Translations under genes and position numbers: made by a program
IMG/VR virus record: IMGVR_UViG_3300011113_000257
Coordinates: 32,001 to 96,000 of that record
From: a virus
Strand: one strand, 5' to 3'
DNA length: 64,000 nucleotides
Notes under the pieces: generated by a model
The model's database searches: none
Told to the model about the DNA's origin: nothing
Seen by the model: only the letters and a program-made list of their open reading frames with translations
Part shown: one piece after another, positions 9,359 through 19,297 of the stretch
Layout: each line of letters opens with the position of its first letter
Numbering within the stretch: the first letter of the stretch is position 1

Positions 9359-9919
9359 TCAGTTATCTTTGTACTGTACCGCAATGTGGATAGTTCCGCC
9401 AGTACCTGAATCCAAGTAAGACGAAATAGTTATGGCTTCTTTTAGATAAGTCTTTGCTTCCTCGACCGTAACTTTAGTCCTGACCATAGAATGCAATGCG
9501 CCAAGCGCGAATGATGAGCCACTACCAATACCGTAGATACCTGCAACATCTCTTGCCCAGCAGTAGTCATCATCAATCTCGTAGACAACACCATTAACGC
9601 AAAGGATAATGTTAAACTCTTGGTTTCCGTCTTTTGCGTAACCATTTGTTTCAAAGTAGCCCCTGATTACTGGAATTACTTTAGTAGAAACAAACCTGTC
9701 AAGTTTAACTCCACTTAAGTTTTCCGCATCAGGTAAAGGAATGTCCGCAAGTAAGTTCACAGCCCTCAAGTCTCCTGCAGCACCTATGAGATAGTTCCCG
9801 TTCTTAGATACTTTCTTTATCCCACTTGGTAAAAGATAAACTCTGTTGTCTGATGAAATTTGAGAGTCAAACCCAACAACCGTAAATCCGTCTCCCTGAA
9901 TTGCTGCAATAGTTGTCAT
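9359..9919 (-). CDS. Proteasome beta / HslV-like Ntn-hydrolase
   Basis: N-terminal MTTIAA (Thr1 nucleophile), D-S-Q, KV, AG, GIGSGSSFALGAL and DSGTGG motifs. Confidence 0.85.
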   Translation of the reverse strand: MTTIAAIQGDGFTVVGFDSQISSDNRVYLLPSGIKKVSKNGNYLIGAAGDLRAVNLLADIPLPDAENLSGVKLDRFVSTKVIPVIRGYFETNGYAKDGNQEFNIILCVNGVVYEIDDDYCWARDVAGIYGIGSGSSFALGALHSMVRTKVTVEEAKTYLKEAITISSYLDSGTGGTIHIAVQYKDN

Positions 9920-9936
9920 TAGAAAAGATTTCAGTT

Positions 9937-10858
9937 CTAGACTTCGTAGTCAATCGCGTCATCCCAGAGCAGGTCTTTAAGTTCATTTTCATACTTTGCT
10001 GAGTTCCAACCATTAGTTTTTTCCGAGATGTCTTCCTCATCAACAATCGAATCTAAAGACAAAACTGCCGTGTAGCCGTCATCCTCAAACATAATAATTA
10101 ACTTAGTGTCATCTCTTTCCGCGTCATCAACGATAGCAACAACAAAGGACTCGCCCGTACGATTAGTGTGGTACGCGCTCTGGAGAATTTCTAGTCTGCT
10201 CATAGCAAAAACATTACCGCATCCTTAGAAAGGCTATTTTTGCTTAAAAAACCTACTTAAAAACAGTAGTGAGCCTGTCGCTTAGGTTTACTATCTTGAC
10301 TATCTTGCTAGTGTTGTCTGGATTAAGTTCCCTAATCAACGCACTAGCCTTTGGATTATTGACCGCACTAAGTTGCTTATGGGCGTAGGCAATAGCCAGC
10401 CCCAAAGAGGTTTGAGTTCTACTCTCGAACGGAGGCTTTATTTCTTTGCCCTTCGAGGTCATTAGTGATACTGAATACTTCATACCTTTAGTCTACCTAA
10501 AAGATTTCATTTGTCAAGTTAATCAAAATACTCAATAACTACCGCGCCCACGAAAGAAACCGCGCCAACTATAAGGGTTGCTACCAAGTAAGTAGGCGTT
10601 ATCACTACTGGCTTTAGCAGACCGATAAACATAAGTTGTAGTTCTAGTAGTGCTAAAGGCAATGAGCCAATAGCAACAAAAGTTAAAACATCCCGTAAGT
10701 GGAATAGAAACATCTCTTAGACCTCCCACTCTCTGTAGCAATCTTGGCAAACCCAATCGAGGGTTATCCAATCGGTGCTTGACGGTGAAACATTAAAACC
10801 ACCGCGAACTGAATCTCCGCACTGTGGACACTGATGTGATTCCTTAAACTTTAACATC
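9937..10858 (-). CDS. Four small hypothetical genes (9937-10203, 10253-10483, 10519-10713, 10717-about 10858 Zn ribbon)
   Basis: Each has an RBS or a leaderless promoter. Confidence 0.6.
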
Positions 10859-10929
10859 TTGCTCTCCTTTTTATCGCCCCTTGCGATAGTTCTATCATAA
10901 CACAAGTCTCTGACCTTTGTCAAGTTAAA

Positions 10930-11056
10930 CGCTAGACGCGCCACCGAAAGGGGATAAGGTGACGCGCCTAACATTTATGAGTGGGGAGAAAGGGGGGGCA
11001 ACCCCACTCGTATTCGGAGCATAGGGAGAAGGGAGAAAACCCTCGCTCTACGAACT
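10930..11056 (-). ncRNA. Candidate three-hairpin small RNA with anti-Shine-Dalgarno loops
   Basis: Extended -10 TGCTAAAGT at 11062-11070; three stems with loops TTTTCTCCCTTCT, TTGCCCCCCCTTTCT and TTATCCCCTTTC; no ORF. Confidence 0.7.
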
Positions 11057-11204
11057 CCTCTACTTTAGCATAAAAAAATTTCAGTTATGCCTCCGTGTCG
11101 GAAAATTTAACAATCCCCACAAACTGACTTACTCGAAACCTTTTTCGAGTCAAGCCCAAACCTTTTACCGCATCTCCAACAATTAGTAAAGATAGTCACT
11201 ACCC

Positions 11205-11935
11205 TCACTCCCCAATCTCTGGAATGTCGTAGTCGTTCTGCCAACCGCACTTAGGGCAAGTCCAAACACCGCGCCCCCAGTCGTCAAAAGATACTTCCTC
11301 TGTACCCTCAAACTTGCAGTCAATCTCCGCGCCTGACTGAAACTCAATAATGCCTTTGCACTCTAGGTCATCAATCTCTGCTGAATCCGCGTAGAATCCT
11401 GAACCTCTTAGTGAACCTTCGTAACTCATTTTGTTTCCCTTCTTCTATCGCCCCTTGCGATAAATCTATTTAACCACATAATCTGACTAATGTCAAGTTA
11501 CTTGATAACTGTGCCTGTCCAACCCTCTGGAATTGAGTATTTAGTTTTTAGTGCCGTGTGAAAAGTGTCCACAACTATCTGACAAACACCGTCTAGTATC
11601 TCGTCACTCATTCCGTCAAGGTATGTCCGCAAGTTTTCCTGCAACTGTTCTTGCAATTCAAAAGTATTCATCTTGTTCTCCTTTCAAGAGTAAAGTTCCC
11701 CAACCCTAAATTTCCAAAACATCTAGGGGTGGGGAATCCTTTATTTGTCGTTGATACCTAACAAAGCGAAAATTTCATCTTCGTTCAAGACAGTAACCTT
11801 GTCGCCACTATCATCAACAATTTTTACGCTAGTTACACGGTAAGAGTTAGCAACCAAGTCACGAACTTCTTGCGCCGTGTTAGCGGTAAAACTGTACTCG
11901 TTATCTTTCGACTTCATTGTTACGTTGTAAGCCAT
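11205..11935 (-). CDS. Three small hypothetical genes (11205-11429, about 11500-11671, 11741-11935)
   Basis: Strong RBSs GAAGGGA and GAAAGGAG before each ATG. Confidence 0.65.
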
Positions 11936-11959
11936 TTCGTTCTCCCTTCTTGGCTCTAC

Positions 11960-12152
11960 CCTTCCCGCACTTTGCGGAAAAGTTTTCAGTTTATGAAGTA
12001 GGTAGGTGGCTCTCTCAACCACCTGTATGCGCTTCCCCACGCTTCCTATTCGGCTACCTACTTCAGTATTGACTGGCGAACTACGCACCGCACTCCAGTT
12101 GTAGTTTTCTTACCTAGTGCAAGACCAGTCAAGTCTTTCTCTATTTAGTTAT
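11960..12152 (-). ncRNA. Candidate structured RNA or long structured leader
   Basis: Perfect 12-bp stem 11994-12005/12054-12065 and 8-bp stem 12069-12076/12125-12132, each enclosing sub-helices; own promoter 12158-12187. Confidence 0.5.
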
Positions 12153-12188
12153 GACCCTAGTCTATCATACTAGGTTTGCTTTCGCAAG

Positions 12189-12267
12189 TCCCAAGAGTAG
12201 GAATCGAACCTACCGTGCCAAAGCGAGTGATTTACAGTCACCTTCCCCACCTTGAGGAATCCTTGGG
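12189..12267 (-). tRNA. tRNA-Tyr (GUA), atypical
   Basis: Acceptor CCCAAGG/TCTTGGG+A, anticodon loop CTGTAAA, T-arm GTAGG-TTCGATT-CCTAC, long variable loop; own promoter about 12286-12316; no encoded CCA. Confidence 0.8.
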
Positions 12268-12624
12268 GTTATTTAGTTATGGAACTAGTTTATCATACTA
12301 GTTATCTTTTTGCAAGTTCTTCGATTAATCTTGTTCGGCGTACAACATCTTTCGTACTCCAACCTTGACCAATCTCCGCGCAAGACTCCAAGTAGTAATC
12401 TAAGTCCTGAATTTCATCGTGAAGTTCGTTCACGGTGAGTTCCTCTACTGGTTTGTTTCTTGTAAGCATCTTTGCCCCTTTCGTTCCTCAAGTGTACAAC
12501 ACTTTCCTGACAAATGCAAGTCACGGGAAAAGATAATTTAGCGAAGGCGGGACTCAGAATAAAAAATTTCAGTTTTACCAAAAAAGAAAACCCCCGCAAT
12601 GCGCGAGGGCTTTCCATTTTTAGA

Positions 12625-13466
12625 TTAGTAGTTTTCGTTCACCCAATCCACAACGTCTTGCATTTTATCCGCGCTACGCGCTACCGCTAGAAAGTTTTCA
12701 TCTTCTAGTAATAGGCTTTCGTGAACAGTGGTCTCACCTGCTACGAAACCCAGTACGACTCTTAGATTAAGAGTTGATAGTAGTTGTCCTGTTGCCATTT
12801 TTTCACCCCTTTCCGTGTGATAACACGAGTCTATCATACCTACCTGACATTTGCAACCCTAACGCCCGAGCGTGGTGGGGCTAGTTGCCCCCACCACCGC
12901 ATTCGCCATCGGCGAATTCGAGACAACCGCCACAGCAGTCGTCACAAGTACGCACCCAGATAACATCTAGGGCAGGAATGTGTAGAGTTGAGTGAGTTGA
13001 GGTTGTGTTGCAGAATTGGCATTTGGACATTTGAAACCCCTTTAGGTTTAGTATCAAGACCCCTTGCCTTGATGAATCAAGTCTATCATACCTACCTGAC
13101 ATTTGCAAGCACATAAGAAAACCCCCTCCGTAGAGGGGGCTTTCCAAAGGGGTCGCGCTAGACGTTAAATAGTTTTTGCACGGCGGTTAGTGCCTTTATG
13201 TCTTTACCACCAATGTGCCAATCGTATTGACCGTAGTTAATTCCGCTTTCGTAGTTCTTCCAGTCGTAGATACTCGCGACAAATACTTCGCCAGTTGTTT
13301 CATCTTCAAACTTTAGCAACCATTCTGCCTGTACTTTATCTTCGGTATAGCCCAAGTAGTGTGGCTCTCCCAACTTTTCTACGATAGTCGCGTAGGTTGT
13401 TCTTACATAACCAAGTAGGAAAGTTCCGCTTGTGTCTACAGAATTACTTTTTTCTATGAGTTTCAT
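12625..13466 (-). CDS. Three single-gene cassettes (12625-about 12798, 12881-about 13030, 13158-13466)
   Basis: Each has a TGTCAG promoter, 5' hairpin and AAAGGG RBS; the last carries an ASIYDWK..WHIGG motif. Confidence 0.65.
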
Positions 13467-13624
13467 TTTTTCTCCCTTTCGTGGTATTTCCACTACCTAA
13501 AGTAAACCACTTTATCTGACAAAAGTCAAATCAAATTAAATCCCGCGTGTCCCTAAAAAATTTCAGTTTTACGTTCCCGCACAAAAAAAATAACCCACCC
13601 CGTAGGGTGGGCTACTTTTGTAGA

Positions 13625-14098
13625 TTAGAATCTGCGAGCGCAGACCGGGCCGATACCGCGAGCAACTGATACCTCATCAGTTAATTCACGACCGCAAGCG
13701 CAACATACGCCAAACTGGATACCGTAATCGCAAGCCTGTTCAAGAGTCATCTTGTCATCAGCCGAGATAGCACGGATGTAACTAGGGTCGTACTGGAATG
13801 ACCCACCAACCAACTTGGTTGCGTATGGGCGACCTGACGACTGCGAAATCTTAACGCGGTAGACAGAACCCTCCTTAAAGTAAACGCCGACCTCAAGGGC
13901 GACAACTGGCGCGGTGGTGCGTGGCTCACGCGGTGCGTATGGAAACGACCGCAAAGCGTCAATGACGGAACTAATTTCGCGCTTGGATAGCGCGGTGATG
14001 TCGCCTAAAGAAGCGCGGAACGTGTCCGAAACTGCGCGTGAAGCGAGCAGGGACTGGGCATACGAGATTTGGCTCTCGGTGGCTTGTGTTGTGTTCAT
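13625..14098 (-). CDS. DUF6011-domain protein
   Basis: C-terminal CCACGRELTDEVSVARGIGPVC; N-terminal ATESQI motif; leaderless promoter TTGACT-N17-TAAGGT-N6-ATG. Confidence 0.75.
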   Translation of the reverse strand: MNTTQATESQISYAQSLLASRAVSDTFRASLGDITALSKREISSVIDALRSFPYAPREPRTTAPVVALEVGVYFKEGSVYRVKISQSSGRPYATKLVGGSFQYDPSYIRAISADDKMTLEQACDYGIQFGVCCACGRELTDEVSVARGIGPVCARRF

Positions 14099-14476
14099 AG
14101 AACAACCTTATCAAACAACCTGATAAAAGTCAAGCCAACAACTCATAACTATTTTTTCCGGGCAGCGGCGGCGGCAGAACTGAAATTTTTTATTTCTCCC
14201 GCGCAAGAAAAAAATCCCCACCTTTCGGCGGGGTTCTTTCTTTGGTTTAGGCTCTGGTTAGAAAGCGTTTTCCCTCGTGGCGGTGGAACAATGCGATTCC
14301 GTAGCGGTGGGCTACTTCTTTTCCGCATAAGTAGCAATTTGCTTTCCCGTAAAGTTTTCCAAACATTTTGTTCTCCCTCTATCGGTTACTTCCTGCAACC
14401 TGATAAATCAAGTATAACACACTAACCTGACAAATGCAAGTTAGGTGCGCCAGCCGTAGCCAGCGCACCCGTAACC

Positions 14477-14821
14477 TTAAACGGCTAACCCAAATTCCTT
14501 TAGGAACTCTAATTGCTTTTCGGTAAGTCCAGTAGTTTCGCCCTGTCCGTCATTAGATGTAAGAAATACATCTCCAACGATTATGTCTGTACCAATTCCG
14601 TACTTGTCCCAGAATAACTGAGTTGCAATTCTATTTGGCTCTAGTCCAATTAGTTTGCCCTCTTCGTTTAGCCATAGGTCAATCTCTTCACCTACGACCG
14701 CGCACTCAATCCAACCGTCTACCGCGTTACGAATTACTTCGTAAGACTGTCCAACTGTGAACTCGCGAGTTTCAACTGTGCCGTCTACTCCAATGAATAG
14801 ACCCTTTGCTTTGTCGCTCAT
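14477..14821 (-). CDS. DUF3846-family protein
   Basis: VDGWIE, WLNEEGK..GL..N..AT and DIIVGDV motifs. Confidence 0.75.
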   Translation of the reverse strand: MSDKAKGLFIGVDGTVETREFTVGQSYEVIRNAVDGWIECAVVGEEIDLWLNEEGKLIGLEPNRIATQLFWDKYGIGTDIIVGDVFLTSNDGQGETTGLTEKQLEFLKEFGLAV

Positions 14822-15144
14822 TTGCTTCCCTTTCTCTGTGGTACTTCCACTAAAAAATAATAACACATCTCCCTGACATTTGCAAATTATCTTTTCCGCG
14901 TGTCCCCTGACCTAAAAAATTTCAGTTATCTAACTCAGCGCAAAAAGAACCCCGCACTTTCGCACGGGGAACTTTTTGTTTGGTTAAAGTATTTCTCCTA
15001 CTGTTGCTTCCTCGCAAGGGTCGCAAATCCAACCCTCTACTCCGTGCTGGTCAAAAGGAATCATAGTGTCCTTGCATTCAACGCATACAACGTATTTTGT
15101 CCCGTCTGTAGACGTAGCAACTAAACTATCTAATGCGTTCATCT

Positions 15145-17452
15145 TTACACCTCCCCTGCTTCTAAAGTTTCAAAGTAGTTGTTCACATCAACAATCGAGC
15201 AAGGCTCGCATTGTTCATAACCTCCGTCAAGACTGAACTTGTCTAGCGCGTTACCGCACTCTACGCACTTCTCATCTTCGCCTAGTGCTTCTTCCGCACC
15301 GCGTAGTAGCCATTCATCAAATCCTTGTAGCACTTTGCTACCTCCCTTTCTTGTATTCCCATTGTAGCGCATTAGCCTGACATTCGCAAGTTACCGCGCA
15401 AAAAGAAAGAGCGAGCCTTTCGGCTCGCCCCTCCTAGAGTTTAGTAAGTAGCAAAGGTTCGATTAGAGCCTAAGTCCTTAGCAAATTCGTAGATGTGTTC
15501 AAGGTTGATTGTTTTGCTTTCGCCCTTGTTGTTGAAAGCAACCGTGTCGCCTTGAAAGTAACGATACTTTTCCCAACCAACCGAGATAATTACCGCAACC
15601 CAGTCGTCTTGTAGGTGTCGCTTGAATACTTCTGCCCAGTCTACCTCGACAGTTTCATCTTCTTCTTCACTCCACACACTCCATAGGTTTGCTTCACCGT
15701 CTGGGTCAGCGTCAATAAATCCGTAAAGTGTTACGCCGTCTTTCTCTTGCGTAATTACTTCAACAGGATAGTTTGCAAGTTCTGTCTTAAACGCTTCCGC
15801 GTCTTTAACTGCAAAGTAGTTGCTTCGTGCCTGACCAAAAAATTGAGCCATTTCTTATCCCTTCCGCAAGTAAGCCCTTCTTACTCGCTGTATCTATAAT
15901 ACTAAATTACTTGACTATTGTCAAACTCTCCTTGTAAGAGTCCGCAACTTTTGCACACGAAATCATCTATCTCAAGTTCGTAAAAGTATCTGTGCTCGCA
16001 GTCTACGCGCCAAATTGAATAACACTCGCAAGCAAAACAACGGTGCTTATCTTCGCCGAGTTCGATTACCTCATCTTTTTGGATAATCCAATTACAAGTA
16101 TCACACCGAAAAGATTTCACTTTTTCATTCGAGTTGTTGCTGACGTAAATCCATTCCTCTGACATTAATCGTTCCCTTGTTCATAGCAGTTGTAGCAAGT
16201 CCAACCGCTTTCGATTAGGTCATCATCTAGCAAGTCGCATTGGCAGTTTATGGTGTCCGCGTTCATTAGAACACTCTCCCATACTCGTTTTCAACTACTG
16301 ATAAATCAACAGGTGATGTAACTTCCCATTGTTCGTATGGTGTTGGGTCGTAACTATCTCGGCATTCGTTACACCATAGTTCGGGAAACCAACGGTGCTT
16401 TTTAGACATTTCGGCGATTGGAAAGTCTTGTTCGCAATCCACGCAAAAATCGTTTTCTTCTGGTATTTCAACTCCAAGCCATTGTGTCATTTTGTTCTCC
16501 TTTTTGTTTTCGCGGGCTATCCGCTTAGTAATACTTTATCATACTATTTTGTTTGGTGCAAGTAGTAGGGGGCTTGCGCCCCCCACCGCATTTGCTAAAC
16601 GTATTCACATACTAGTTCTAGTAAATCCGCGTAAGTTTCTACCCCATTTAATAAGCCGTAGATAGCGTCTGTTAGTTCTGTAGAGTTCCTGATAGTTTCA
16701 ACTAGCAAACTTTCCTCAACTAGCAAGTCACCTGCAAGACAACGAATTGTCATTTCTGCACTCATTTTGGTTTCCCTTTCTTGTAAGGAGTTTCCTTACA
16801 TTTCTAATAGTACGGACTTTCTTGACATTTGTCAAGTGATTACGCAAACTCGTTTATTGCGTGTCGGCGTTGGGCAGACCTGTCACGATTACGGCGTGTA
16901 CGCCTATCCGCAAACTTTGCAGACTTTTGGTTTAGGACATAGTTCCCTCGACCTGTCACTAGATTGTCTAGTGGACTCTTGCGCTTAGCCATCTCTGACT
17001 CCTTTCGATAAATCTATTGTAGCACACTTCCCTGACATTATCAAATCGAACCGCGCTCGGCGTGTCGCAATTTAATAATCTCCGTAAAAAATTTCAGTTA
17101 TGAAAATAAGAAAACCCCCACTTTTGGTGGGGGCTTCCTTGCCTTACATAAATCGGTGGTAGAACTCTACTACCTTTTCCCGTGCCTCTTTCCAGTCTGC
17201 CGTAGCGCAGATAGTGACTGTCTGCTCGATACCATTCACATCATCTACCCAACCTATGGCTTCATAGATAGTCACGCCGTCATCATAGTCATAGACCCTG
17301 ACTTCGGCATCTACCGTTTCGTTCATCTCGATAGTGATTGCGTTGTCTGTTACTGGGTTAAGTAGCACCCGTGTAATTCGACTTGCTGGGTGGCGTAGCG
17401 TGGCTAGAAATAATCTAGTGGTTTCGCTGTATGTTGGAATTGTAGTTTCCAC
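15145..17452 (-). CDS. Run of small acidic / Cys-rich hypothetical genes (incl. 15145-about 15336, 15441-15851, 15902-16165, 16266-16490, 17144-17452)
   Basis: ORF track plus cassette signals; several further ORFs under 60 aa with clear RBSs. Confidence 0.65.
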
Positions 17453-17585
17453 TTTTGTTTTACCCCTTTTGAGTTATCTACCGCGCCTTGCGGTATGTAG
17501 TAATCGTATCATACCTTTATGACATTTTCTGTATTTCGAGAAAATAAACCCCGCCCGTAGGCGGGGCTTATCTCGAGTATCCGCA

Positions 17586-18101
17586 TTAGCAGATAGAGAA
17601 CCCACCGCTTTCGGCTAAGAACTCCGCGAACTCGCGTACGTTCTGAACATCAAACGGGTAACTTGCTGCCCAATTCTCTTTTGAGCCAACACCGTCACAA
17701 CCATTACACCAGCCGAACTCGCGCCCGACAAGGATAGCCACTTCTGGTGATAAGGCTCGGTCAGGCTGACCCGCACTCACGCCAACTTCATCTGTACGAA
17801 TACCTGTTGAATTGCAGTGCTTACAATCCTCGCGTGGTAAATCCGCAATCTCTGCGTAGTAGTCTTTTTGGTACTGGGCGGTATGTCCTCGACCAATCTT
17901 TTCAAACAAGATGTTTGATAAAGCAATCGCGCCTTCGGCGTTTAGCCCATCTCCATCATTGTATTCACCACTTACTTCTGAAGTAAGTTCAGGTGCAACT
18001 TCAATGCAGTAATTCCAAAGTGGTCGCCACCACCATACATTGTTGCGGAAGTATTCACCGCGCTCTGTTGTCGGTGCAGTTCCAAAAACGTCCATTCCCA
18101 T
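17586..18101 (-). CDS. Hypothetical protein with DnaJ-like CxxCxxxG Zn motifs
   Basis: MGMDV..YFRNNVWWWRPLW; CKHCNSTG and CNGCDGVG; start set by RBS GAAGGGA. Confidence 0.7.
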   Translation of the reverse strand: MGMDVFGTAPTTERGEYFRNNVWWWRPLWNYCIEVAPELTSEVSGEYNDGDGLNAEGAIALSNILFEKIGRGHTAQYQKDYYAEIADLPREDCKHCNSTGIRTDEVGVSAGQPDRALSPEVAILVGREFGWCNGCDGVGSKENWAASYPFDVQNVREFAEFLAESGGFSIC

Positions 18102-18655
18102 TTGGGTTTCCCTTCTGTAAGCAAGTCCCTCTTGCTCACTCTGTGAGTTTATCATACTAGCCTGACATTCGCAACTCAAACGAAAAACTTTTTTCGTGTC
18201 GCCATAACTGAAATTTTTTAAGTAGGCAACAAAAAATCCGCGCAATCTTCCGCGCGGACTTTCTTTTGTTTAGAACTTGTAGGTGATGTTAAAGTCTTTC
18301 CGCGTGAACGGGATAAAGGTTTCCCCGTACTCCACATCTCCAGCGTAATTTGTACCGATTTCGTAGCGAACTACAATCTCATCATTCTCTACGAACACGC
18401 TAACTAATTCTGAAAGATAACTTGTAGTCGCGTAATCTCTCCAGTTAGTTGTGATGTCCTCGATAGCGGTGTCTATTGTGTCATACAAAACTTCGCCGTC
18501 TACTTCGATAATGTCTATTGTTCTCACGTCTGACATTTTGTTTCCTCTCTTTCGCAACCCCTTGTTGCTAGTACCTAGCGTACCCTACTTCCCTGACATT
18601 TGCAAGTTGAAAAAGGGGCGAGTTTCCCCGCCCCCTTTTCGTGCGCCCTCCGCGC

Positions 18656-19129
18656 TTACCAAGAACTCTTGTAAGCAAAACTCCAGCCCTCTGGAACTTT
18701 AGAGAGTATGCGCCCAAGTTGAACAAGGGTATCTTCAACCTGTTCCCAATACCACTCGTCAATCTCATACGAGCCGAAGAAGAAACCTGCTTGAGTTGGT
18801 AGCAATTCTTCCGCCAACTCTTTGTTCTTGCTTTTCCAAACTTTCATACAGACATCATTTAATTCCTGCAACTGCTCTCGGCTAACGTAATACTCCGCGC
18901 AATTATCTTCACCCTCTTGCACGTTGTCCACGAACCATTGGTGTATCTGGTTAGCCTTGCGCCAGTAGCCAACTTTTACCTTGACCGTAATTGACGGGTA
19001 CTCCTCGTTCTCGAAATCTCCTGCGCCAATCGCATCAGAAACTTTTGCGTATGCATCTCTGGTTGCTTGTTCTTGCCATTCGCCACCTGATAGGTAGTTA
19101 CTTGCATAAAGGTACTGGTCTAGTCCCAT
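18656..19129 (-). CDS. Conserved phage hypothetical protein
   Basis: MGLDQYL..YWRKANQIHQWF..LLPTQAGFFFG..YKSSW. Confidence 0.75.
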   Translation of the reverse strand: MGLDQYLYASNYLSGGEWQEQATRDAYAKVSDAIGAGDFENEEYPSITVKVKVGYWRKANQIHQWFVDNVQEGEDNCAEYYVSREQLQELNDVCMKVWKSKNKELAEELLPTQAGFFFGSYEIDEWYWEQVEDTLVQLGRILSKVPEGWSFAYKSSW

Positions 19130-19297
19130 TTTGTTTTCCCTTCCGTAAGCAAGTCCGTCTTGCTCACTCTGTAAGTTTATCATACTAGCCTGACATTTGC
19201 AACCTGAACGCGAAACTATTTTTTCCGCGCCCGCGCCAGAAAAAATTTCAGTTTTCAATTTGAGATAAACGCGGATTTCTCCGCGCTCTCTCGTTTG

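Noticed and set aside
11692-11742. Long-loop hairpin (loop AUGUUUUGGAAAU) as another anti-RBS element
   Set aside because: The loop is not CU-rich and I found no antisense target; its similarity to a gene start near 14360 is in the sense orientation
11994-12065. Hammerhead ribozyme or second canonical tRNA
   Set aside because: Lacks the CUGANGA/GAAA core and the TTCRA T-loop
11936-12088. N-terminal extensions given by the ORF track here and at 17586, 18656, 21890, 26308, 43345 and 45890
   Set aside because: Extensions cross promoters, hairpins or upstream genes; downstream starts have clear RBSs or leaderless promoters
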